Source: Macrostomum hystrix
Taxonomy: Eukaryota > Animalia > Platyhelminthes
Assembly: GCA_950097015.1 (NCBI GenBank)
Contig: CATNEN010000003.1
Coordinates: forward strand, 1,364,001-1,428,000
DNA: 64,000 nucleotides
Direction of reading: 5' to 3'
Positions 1 to 10,350 of this stretch are shown piece after piece. The translations under genes and the position numbers were made by a program. How positions within the stretch are numbered: position 1 is the first letter of the stretch; each line of letters starts with the position of its first letter. The notes beneath the pieces are model-generated. The model made no database searches. It saw only the letters and a list, made by a program, of their open reading frames with translations, and was not told where the DNA came from.

Positions 1-734
1 TCATTTATACTCGTAAGTACAATTTTTAGAAATTGATTTGATGAATTGATTCTTTTTTAATATAAAATACCAAATATCCCCTGCTTTTTGCAATCCCCTC
101 GGCTGATCAGCTCAGTTTTAGACTGAGACTGGGATGACAGTATCTCTACGAAGACTCGATACTCGAAGCAAGTATGAATACTGCTCTTTCTGCAGTAAAA
201 ATACTTTGTATTTTTGTCTAACACATGAGCATAGCTACCTGAGATTTTAAGTGTCGTGTTAATTAAATCGCTGCTATATGCGATTGCTTTTCAGCTTGAG
301 GCCATTGAGAACATCTTACAATTAAAAATCCACATAGCGTTTAAGATATATAAGACAGCAAGCAATTTAATCCTTAGCGGAAAAATCTAGCTATTAAAGT
401 TGCTTGCTTTTCATAGTCTATGGCCTGAAACGGGGTCTATGGAGCAATGTGAGAATCTGCAGGCGTGCTATTAATGCTTTCCACAGAAGGAAGCCTTCGA
501 CTATTCACCCATTGACTATACGCACCAGTATATTTCTGCTCGATTCGCCTTAACATAATGTGGTTTTACCAAAGACTAAGTCATTCCTTGCACACTGTAA
601 AATGGGTTCCCACACGCTAAATCAAATAAGAATGCCACGGAGTCCCTATAGGACGAGAGGTTTTTGCATAGCGTGTCCTGATACACTTTCAAAAAGTGAA
701 AGCCTTTGTCGTGAATGTTTTACTGATTGAACTG

Positions 735-1450
735 GCCGCAAATCATGTGTTACAAACGTGTAAACGGTCTGACTTTGAGCATCAATCTGGACGACTTTTA
801 TAGTAGTGATGAAGTCATCGTACCCTGATAACAGATGAACCTGAGTACAGTCTGAGGTAGCTCAGGCTGTGTCGATGGGACGTTACAGCTCACAGCCAGA
901 GAGTGAACATGCAGCTGGTTCTTCTAGAGGGCCTTCCAGCACCTGGCCCACGCTGGGACACAATGGCACAGTTGAACATGTCCACATACAGTCTGCGTGT
1001 CCTGCACTGAGTCCCTGGGTCATTAACTGCTACTAATCACAAGCCATTTTGATGTATTCTGGAAAGAAAAAAACGTTTCCTAAATTTTATAATGATTTCC
1101 ATAATATACTGTCTTTCTTAGTGGCATATGCACAGGTTGTCAATTTCAATCCAACCTTCCGGACATGCTATACCAATGAGAATTGACATTGCACATCTGT
1201 CGAGTTATGAACAATTTTTTCACATTGTACAGTTTGAAGCCACATATCTTGTGTCGATTCTGTCCAAGTAACCAAGATAAAACAAGTGCTACCGACCATC
1301 GCTCAATTCGAAAGCACAAGGCAGCCTTCGTATATAACGAAGTTCAGTCTTAACAGATTAGCATCTTGTGGCCTACCATCAACAACCTGCAATTTAGACA
1401 GTGATTTAGTCCAAAACTATGTTGAAATTACAGATGCATGTTAATTCGAC
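735..1450 (+). pseudogene. Degenerate copy of the CUB-like/C-type-lectin-like receptor family
   Basis: Translates to VNGLTLSINLDDFYSSDEVIVP, matching the family motif (NHYCVNRLIVTIDIDSFYHRDETLVP), followed by stops and frameshifts; later remnant AQFEST. Confidence 0.6.
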
Positions 1451-1505
1451 AAATTAACTTTCATAACACGCAGTGTTAAATTGGACTTTGATAAAACACT
1501 TCAAA

Positions 1506-4500
1506 ATGCAACACATAGGGCACACATGGCCGATGGTGCAGATGCTGGTGCTGTTATTGGTGATTCTGGATGAAATCAACTGCACAATGGACTGCGCGCA
1601 TGCAACCCGGCCAGGTGAGTTAATAGTCGAACTCGAGCAGTTGCTCCTGTGAATGATACGTAACACCGTGATTTTGCGTTGCAGTTTCAGCTCAGCTTGC
1701 CTGGCTCACCAGGGCAGACATTGTGCGCACCTGGCAGCCGGACGGTGACTGCCAGCGGTGGCAGAATGGCCGGTCGGAGACAAACCGATTCCCAGCTGCT
1801 GTGCGGTCCGGGCCTCGGTGGCTTGTGATGCAGCTGAGGCAGCCGATGGTGCTGGATCGGGTGAGCGTGCGAGGCTGGGGTGAGTGACGCTGACCTTCAT
1901 TTGTTCTCATGACCGATGCTGAGACAGTCAGTCTGAGACAGTCAGTCTGAGACAGTGAGTCTGAGACAGTCAGTCTGAGACAGTCAGTCTGAGACAGTCA
2001 GTGTGAGACAGTCAGTCTGAGACAGTCAGTCTGAGACAGTCAGTGTGAGACAGTCAGTCTGAGACAGTCAGTCTGAGACAGTCAGTCTGAGACAGTCAGT
2101 CTGAGACAGTCAGTCTGAGACAGTCAGTCTGAGACAGTCAGTCTGAGACAGACAGTCTGAGACAGTCAGTCTGAGACAGTCAGTCTGAGACAGTCAGTCT
2201 GAGACAGACAGTCTGAGACAGTCAGTCTGAGACAGTCAGTCTGAGACAGACAGTCTGAGACAGTCAGTCTGAGACAGTCAGTCTGAGACAGTCAGTCTGA
2301 GACAGTCAGTCTGAGACAGACAGTCTGAGACAGTCAGTCTGAGACAGTCAGTCTGAGACAGACAGTCTGAGACAGTCAGTCTGAGACAGTCAGTCTGAGA
2401 CAGTCAGTCTGAGACAGTCAGTCTGAGACAGTCAGTCTGAGACAGTCAGTCTGAGACAGTCAGTCTGAGACAGTCAGTCTGAGACAGTCAGTCTGAGACA
2501 GTCAGTCTGAGACAGACAGTCTGAGACAGTCAGTCTGAGACAGTCAGTCTGAGACAGACAGTCTGAGACAGTCAGTCTGAGACAGTCAGTCTGAGACAGA
2601 CAGTCTGAGACAGTCAGTCTGAGACAGTCAGTCTGAGACAGTCAGTCTGTCAGCATGGCACTCGTGTTGCAGATGGCCAGTGGCATGCAGCAGGTGCGGT
2701 CGGCTCGCCCGTGTCGGTGGTCGGAGCCGCGAGCCTCCCGCTGGAGCTTCAGCTGGAGGATCCGTGCCGCGCCAGCTGGGAGGCCTTCGGCAGCAGCGAC
2801 CGCTGGAGGCAGCTCGGAGGTAGTGTTGCAAAGGTACGAGAAGCTCATCAACAATATCCGGTCGAATGAGAAAATCAGAACAGCGTCACCTGCCATTTCA
2901 GACTCTTATTTCCTTTCTTCGCCTGAGTAGTCAGAGCTCGCTGAGCTGGCAGGCCATTGGTCTCATTGGTGAGTCGAACTTGTTGGTTTGCAAGAGAAAT
3001 TCAAGTAAATGAGTCTGAATTTTTCACTTTGCAGGTCAACACCCTATGATTGAGGTGAACCTGTCGCTGTCTCAAGGCCTGTACCGCAGCTACGGCCTGA
3101 CTGTCAGCATGGCTGCCCAAATCAAATTGGAATTCTACGTCAACAGCTGCGGTAGTGGACAGCCGGTTTGCTGGCTTCGAGACGCTGTCGGTAACTTTAG
3201 TGTCGATGCTCGGCAGGTGAGTTGCCTGTATCGCACAGTGATTCAGTTTATTTAGGAAATAAAAGTACATATACATCGTTCTATTGTAACTCTGTTTTAA
3301 GCTTGGTTCCGTTGAAACTTTAAATGGAGTTCGGACGCACAAGTTTGAGCTAGCTACTCAAAGCGTGTTTCATGACAGTCTTATGCAGTGCGGTTGGAAC
3401 GCAGACGGACCAGTTCTGCTTGAGGAGCTGCTGCTGTTCGAAGGTAAAAATAGTTAATTTATTTGTTTCAGGATTTTAGGAGAACTCTTCTTCGCATCTT
3501 ATTGCAGTTCAAACAACAAGCCTAAATCTGTCAGTCACGCACGTCTTGGTTGCCGGGCTTTCAGTTGTTGTGAGCGTCACCTCAGACTCGTTTCCCGAGA
3601 CCCAGCATCACTGCTTCATCCGGTCTCAGAGCATCCGGACTCAGAGAAAACTGAGCATTGATAGCTTGGTAGTTGTCATATTTCTTTGTAAAGCTTTCTA
3701 TTTATTTTCAAATTCGTAGCTAAGTAGCCATGGCAACATTTTAGGTGAAATCGGCAATGAAAGACAAAAACCATCGCTCTGTGTTCCGGGTTCGAACTGC
3801 GTTCAAGTTCCACGTCGCGGCAGCTGATGCCAAGGCTGAAATTTTCTGCACGGGCAACGCCGTCTCTGATCCGAGGCTTGACAGGGGCGTCAGCGCGAGG
3901 CAGAACATTTCTCGGGTCAGCGGTGAGACCGCTTGAGTTTTTTAGCCTATTCAATTACCTAATAAGCATATTGATTACACTCTTTTTCTCAGTGAATAAC
4001 ATCAGTTTTCTATAAAATGCATCCCGCAGAGCCGTGCCTGACGGCCATCCACCTGGGCCCGAGTCGTCACTGGCAGGTGGGAGAGACCAGGAACATCTCC
4101 GTGACCTCCAGCCAGTGCAGCATCTGGAATGTGAGCCACACCTGCTGGCTGGAGCTGCTGACAGGTGCCGCACCTGTGCCGCTTCTGAACGTGAAAGTGA
4201 GTGCTGAGCACTGCAATGAGCAGCTTTGAGAAGCCCGACTCAAACTGTGTACAACGCACTCCCATTTCAGCAAGGCGAGTTCATCAGCACACACGAACTG
4301 CAGGTGAGCGAAGCCATGGCTCCAGGAGGCTGGAAAGTTCGGTGCAGCGTCAACCAGTCCGGAGTTGTCTACCCGGACTCTGAGAGCGATTCCAGAGCGA
4401 GTCCAGCCGTGTTCGGTGAGCCGGGGAGCTCTGCGCCTTGCAGCTCGTTTCGAAGCTGTTTAGAAAATTCTATTTTACTAAATCAGGGGATCAGAGCTCG

Positions 4501-6285
4501 GAACGGAATTTCAACTCTTCCCCATCGCTGTTTTGCGTTTCTGCTTCAGGAGAGTCCGACAGGGCTGGCATCAAGCTGTCAGCTGAGAGAGACTGCGCTG
4601 GAATCCTTCGGGTTCAGGTGAGCGAATGGAATCAAGTTCGCTGGCCGCCCGTGTCCAACGTCACCTGCAGCATCTTATTCAGCATGGACATGTGGCTGTC
4701 GAGACTGGTAGGCGCTTGACTGACAATGTCGATTTCTCCACACTTTTGCACTGCTTGCTTTGCAATTTGAGTCCCTCAATGAACTCACTGACGCTGCACA
4801 AATCTTTCAACCATTTTGGACTCCAGCGAGAAGTGGCCATGCACACCGATGGGCGAGGCTCTTGGAGCTCTGAAGCTGTCTTTGCGTGGAACGCATCGCT
4901 GCAAGGGCTCATTGTGCAGTGTGTGGCCTCGCAGCTGTACTATGGAGAGTTGGTATTCCGGACGGTCGCTAAGGTGCCTGTGAGCAATGAAAATTGCATT
5001 TGTAAGTGATCCTTCTTGTTTGTACTTTTACTGGCGCTTGCTTTGACTGTCTGCAGTTATAACTTTTTTATAACTTGGGTTCGCTTTTTATATATTTTTT
5101 CAGGCGTAAGAAGCAAGGTATTGATATATTTCTCCGTGGCAGCAGTAGCTTTGATAATCTTTATTATCGCAGCCCTCGTTATTGTTACACATCAGATTAC
5201 TCTCAGAAGCGTAAGTAAGATCATTTATTTCGTTGTTTTTAGGGGTTGTCCAATTAAACAAAATTAATTGTTTCTTACCAATCATTAAAACAATGAGGCT
5301 GCGTCTCAAATTAATGCGGCCTCATCAAGAAGTCTTTATCTGCGGCTCCTCCCTCTGTTCTTTAAAACACATTAACGACAGATGTCGTCAAAAACCTAAA
5401 GAAACCATAACACGCATGGAACTGACCAGCGAGACATTGCGACCAGCAAGACTAAATGTCCCCCTATCAAGAAATTTACCACGCACAATGTTTCGCGTCC
5501 AAGTAGAGTGCGAAGTTCATTATTTCAGGTGGAATCGGTCCGTTAATTTTCCTATCAATTCTATCAATTTTATCTATCAATCTATCAATCAATTCTATCA
5601 ATCTATCAATTCCTATCAAGATCAATTCTATCTTTTGCTGTCACAAAAGTACAAAAGTATTAATACTTTCGTTCCTCTCATTCTCGCGGTGCAAGCAATG
5701 TGGTTTTAGAACCATCCTTAAAGCGAAAGTCTCTTCTCTATATGAACTAAAATAAGCACATTTAGAATTGAGGGGGTTCGATTCCAGATTCCATTGAAAA
5801 ATGTGTCCTTTAGCAAGACACTCAACTCTGCATTGCTTCAGTTCACCCAGCTGTTATAAGGGAACCAGCATTAGCGGGGAAATTGAGGATGGGTGTGGCG
5901 TCCACCCAGTCCATGGACTGTGCCATAGGCTGCAGGTCTAGTTGAAATTATGCATGTGTAATCAATAGATTTATTCTTTTTTTGACCCCATAATCATTAG
6001 GCAATATAAGTAAATATATTACCAGTTACAGTTTACAATTGCTGAATACTTGCACTATTAATAACTTTCAAACTGCAGGTGAGGCCAGCATTAACCACAG
6101 TCCAGCAAAGTATGCCAGAACAAATGGAACATGCTGTTCCAATGGAAGAAATTAGAGGCACCGCTGAAAGCTACCCCTACGATAATCCAACCAGCGCCCG
6201 AGGCACTCAGGACTCTCAGGCCTACGAGCGAATCTCCGACGGAGGTGTGAGGCCAATGTCTCCTTACATCAACTTGCTGAATTAG
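1506..6285 (+). CDS. Multi-exon type-I membrane receptor: signal peptide, discoidin/galactose-binding-like exon, several Cys-containing Ig-like exons, TM, Tyr-motif cytoplasmic tail
   Basis: ATG 1506 gives MQHIGHTWPMVQMLVLLLVIL then a GTGAG donor. Exons include WLVMQLRQPMVLDRVSVRGW, GGWKVRCSVNQSGVVYPD, IVQCVASQLYYG. TM LIYFSVAAVALIIFIIAALVIV (~5120-5190). Last exon 6079-6285 has YDNP/YERI/YINL. Exon boundaries only partly resolved; domain names are inference. Confidence 0.6.
1919..2648. repeat. 14-bp minisatellite (GAGACAGTCAGTCT)n, intronic
   Basis: About 50 near-perfect tandem units directly visible. Confidence 0.97.
5548..5635. repeat. Short (CTATCAATT)-type tandem repeat
   Basis: Directly visible degenerate tandem units. 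Confidence 0.75.
5765..5950 (+). mobile_element. tRNA-derived SINE, family B (partial)
   Basis: GGTTCGATTCC B-box then GTGTCCTTTAGCAAGACAC...CACCCAGCTG...GGGTGTGGCGTCC; homologous to 48701-48975 and 7930-8200. Confidence 0.7.
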
Positions 6286-7929
6286 GGGTGACTAGACAAG
6301 TGTTTTTGAGTTTGCGCAACATGATATTTATTGTAAAAACGGAGAAAACGTATCTGATGAAAATATTTAAATTTTTGTAATTATAAGTTAAGGAAGCGGA
6401 ATATTAAGCTACCGACCGATAACTGCACTACACAATCAGGGTTGATATACTCAGTGTGAGAATCATGATGAGACTTTAGCAAGGCAGAAAATATTTATTT
6501 GCTCATGGCCCATTTTAGCTACTTAGTAGCCAGAATTGAGTAGCAGTTTGCGAGTTTTAATTCCAAAAATGCGAAAAATCTCGCCACGTTCCGTACCTGC
6601 CTAGCTTGGCGTTGTCAACGAGGCGAAAGACAATAAAATAAAAGTAATATCAATGAACAAAAAGAACAAAACAAAAAAATCCGTTAAAGAGCATTTCCTG
6701 GAGCTTCTGGGAATAGTTTGAATGATTGTGATGATTTTCTCCTGATGAAAAAGTTTTGAATTTTTTTTAACTTAATTTTGAAATATTTCGTACAATGAAC
6801 TTTGAACAATGAACTTATGAACTTATGAACAAAAATTATTATACAATGAACTTATTATCAATGCCAGTTGATAATAACACTGGCGGATTATCCTGTTATG
6901 CTTTTTTTTTATCAAACTGAATTCTTTGAAGCCCGCTGCTAAAAATAGCTCTTTAAACAATGAACATGCATTGTGTTTTTACTTAGGAAAAGTTAATAGC
7001 GATGCACACTAAAATTAGATTTGTACCCCAGTCGCAGAAATTAGGTGCAGCTTTTTGTTGGCTGGATGTCTCTCTCTTTATTGTACTTTGTTTTATCTTG
7101 TGTTTGGTGTACCGTTGAGTGCTTATTTTGGTTTTGAACGCACAACCATGTTTGATGTTTGATTGTACACACTTCAGGTTTAATAATTTTTTTAAATTCC
7201 TAACTTGCAGTCTTACAGTCCACCTAATTAAATAACATTTATCTTTCACGCGGAGGACGTACATTCTAACCGCCGTTGTACAGGTGGTTAAGGATTTCTA
7301 CCACCCAGACTGAAGGTTTTTCCACGGTTTTTCCTTAGTTTGGTTCCATATTGCTTTGCTTTTAACCTCGAATATTAATTGGCCAAATTAGGACAGAACT
7401 GCAAAAAATAAATTTTCGATTTTTAGCAATTTGGATAGTCTTCCCTATTAAGAAGTCTGCTCCATACTCAACACGACTCAACAAACATCGGTAAGCTCGT
7501 GCTGTTTCGTTACTCTATACATTATAGTGAGGGATCTCAATAAGGACCTGAATCAGAATGATAGAAATTGGGTTGGCGGGAGAAACTCAATTTTATCTGA
7601 TGCTTTTCAGTAATTAACAGTCGTTGGGTAAATTATTGGGTAAATTGAGGTCTTGGAGAGATCTTGAGGTCTTGAAGCGGTAGCAACTACGGTAGGTTGT
7701 TCGAACTTCGATTGATCAAGTTAAGTTTAAGCACTCGTGTTACGAAATATTTTTCCAGAGGCTAACAAACAATAAGATACAAATCTTCAATGACGCAAGT
7801 AAGTGCATGGATGCGATACGAGAGCTCTTTAAATGGCCTCTGAAAGATTTTTCATATGAGGACTTTGTAAAAAACAACCTCAGATGCATCGGACACAAAA
7901 GCACAGATTTATAATTTACAATAATGATT

Positions 7930-8200
7930 CAACCAGCCCTCATTGGGCCACACGTGCAACAGAAAGCACAGCCACAGCTATTGCGCGGCGCATTTGAAGA
8001 CTGCTTGCGACAGTTCAGTCCTTGGACTGGGGGGACGCCACACCCACCTTCAACTACCCAAGCTGATGCTGAGTACACATTTGACAGCTGGGTGATGTAT
8101 AGCAATGCAGAGTTAGTGTCTTGCAAAAGGATACAAATTGTTCGAGTGGAGTCGGGAATCGAACCCTCGACTTTCAAGACGTTTCAACCTCTAACTACCA
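7930..8200 (-). mobile_element. tRNA-derived SINE, family B
   Basis: Reverse complement of the family B body, with B-box GGGTTCGATTCC at ~8155-8166. Confidence 0.75.
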
Positions 8201-8777
8201 GGCCCCATCAATGTAGCGTTCGAAGCAGAATCGCTGCAGCTGTCCTGCATGGGTCACAAGTGATGGATTTGATTTTTAGAGCTTGAATCTGCCATCACCT
8301 CAATTCAAGTTACATGCAGGCTTTCAACAACTTTTAACGAACTGAAAACCTTGCGTCTTTGTTTTTTAGTAGTCCCTTAAACTAATTCTGGCCTACTGAA
8401 AACTTACTGCTGGTATTTAACAATCATTTCGAAAAAAATAAACTTGCAGATGTCGCAGATGTCGCATATGTCAAGAGAAGTATGTGTTATTACGGGCTGC
8501 TGCAGGATGATCGGACGTGTTTTGTTAGCATTTATTGGGCTTCTAGGATTTGTAAACATGTAAGCCTACTCATGATTATGAATATCATTCATTATATTAT
8601 TTGCATGAGTTTTATTTTTTTGTTTAAATTTTTTTCATTTTCGTTTTCCAAAAATTTTACTCAAATTTGGTAAAGGCATTTTGTCACATGTCGATATTCC
8701 AACAAAAACAAGTCAAACAGACTTAGACTTCTCCTCAGGCAAATATAGATTTTTTTGCAGAGAGACCACTTTATTAC

Positions 8778-9968
8778 CATGGATGAATGAACAGAATGGA
8801 TTGCTATTCTGGCTCTGGCTATTTTCGTTTTTGACTCTTTTGCATCCGGTTCCCCCCCCCGTGCCTTTTCATTGGTTGATGATTGCCATAGACAATTTTC
8901 GGCCTTCGCCCCTTTCTTTCGATGCACAAACGCAAAGAACAGATTTTATTGTAGACGAATCGACTCTCGAATCGTGCTTGTAGGTCTTCCCCCTTTATTT
9001 CAAAACACGAGCGAAAGCAACTGAGAATTTAAAGTAGACAAATCGACTGATTCGTGCTTAGAGTAATATAGAATCTGTGGTTTACTCACTGTTTATTTTA
9101 CTTTTATCACTACCATGCCTAATGGCTCAAAGTGCTACTGTGCTGCACTAGAATGTCTGTCCAAGTCAGGGATGCGGGACGACACTGGAGTGAATATCAG
9201 CTTCTTTTCTTTTCGTGTCAAATCTCCACTTCAACTGACCGAATGGATGAGCAATGTGAAGATGGCATCGCAGTTTGTCTTGACAAAGAGCTCAGTATTG
9301 TGTTCCGACTCTAATTTCATATGATTTAATCATTCTAACAGTCTGTTCTCATCGTTACTGGTATCGTATATGTGTGTTGTTTTCCTGTTCCAGAGAAGTA
9401 AGTACAAGTAACCAGAGAATAACGAGCGCTCGATAATCTCTGCAAGTAAACCGACATTGACATATAACCAAGTGTGCGTAAACGTCTCAAGCTCGTGTAT
9501 AGTTTATGGCCCAAAGACCATCAAAGAAATAGATTGAAGTGTGCAGTAAATTCCGCAACTGTGCGGTAAATGATACTCCACTTGATCTCCGTGCCATCCC
9601 TCTTCTGAGCTACTATGCAGTAAATCCCAGACGGGTATTGTCTATGGGCCGAAGGAGCTGGTCTTGCGCACACACACTTGGTCATAAATCAATGCACTTA
9701 TGCTAGGCTTCCTAGTGCGTAAATAGTCTATGGCACTCGTGCGCTGCGCGCACTCGTGTCAAGACTATTTACGCACTCGGAAGCCTAGCATAAATCTACC
9801 ATTCTCAGTTCTTTGCGCTTGTGCATCGAAAGAAAGGGGCGAAGGCCGAAAATTGTCTATGGCAATCATCAACCAATGAATAGGCACGGGGGGGAACCGG
9901 ATGCAAAAGAGTCAAAAACGAAAATAGACAGAGCCAGAATAGCAATCCAGTCTATTCATTCATCCATG
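8778..9968 (+). mobile_element. Non-autonomous P-superfamily DNA transposon with ~165-bp TIRs and a THAP-domain remnant
   Basis: TIRs CATGGATGAATGAA... at 8778-~8940 and ~9808-9968; perfect 8-bp TSD TTTATTAC (8770-8777, 9969-9976). Internal ORF 9115-9324 (CAALEC...FFSF..P....W...LCSD) resembles a THAP zinc finger. Confidence 0.88.
9455..9803. mobile_element. Non-autonomous Crypton-type bipartite palindromic element (family II), nested in the P element
   Basis: Near-identical to 23981-24350. Bounded by CATT direct repeats; body bounded by IR CATTGACATATAACC/GGTCATAAATCAATG; hairpin 9698-9793. Crypton assignment inferred from end structure shared with the YR2/YR3 elements. Confidence 0.75.
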
Positions 9969-10350
9969 TTTATTACCCCCAAGGAAAGACCTCTCGAGGG
10001 TATTTCCAATACCCATTGCCTATTTCACGATAGCTCCCAAACCAAATGACCGATTTTCATTAAAGCCCACCATTTGTCTGGTTCCCACCAAAAGCCCATC
10101 GAATATCTCGACGATATCGATGTTTTGTGATTTTTCATCAAGCTGTCTCATCGGATAGGGCGAAAGATTTTTTGTCAACAAATGCATGGCGATTCGTTGA
10201 ATATTTGAAGAGTTAAAGATAATAAAAAATTGGGTTCTTAAAATTCCAGCCCTGGTCTCTGTACTAATAACAGCTAAAAAGGGCTGTATTATTCAAAAAT
10301 GATTGCAGCTTATTTGAAGGTTTCCTAATGTAAAATTGCTTTTTTTAGAG

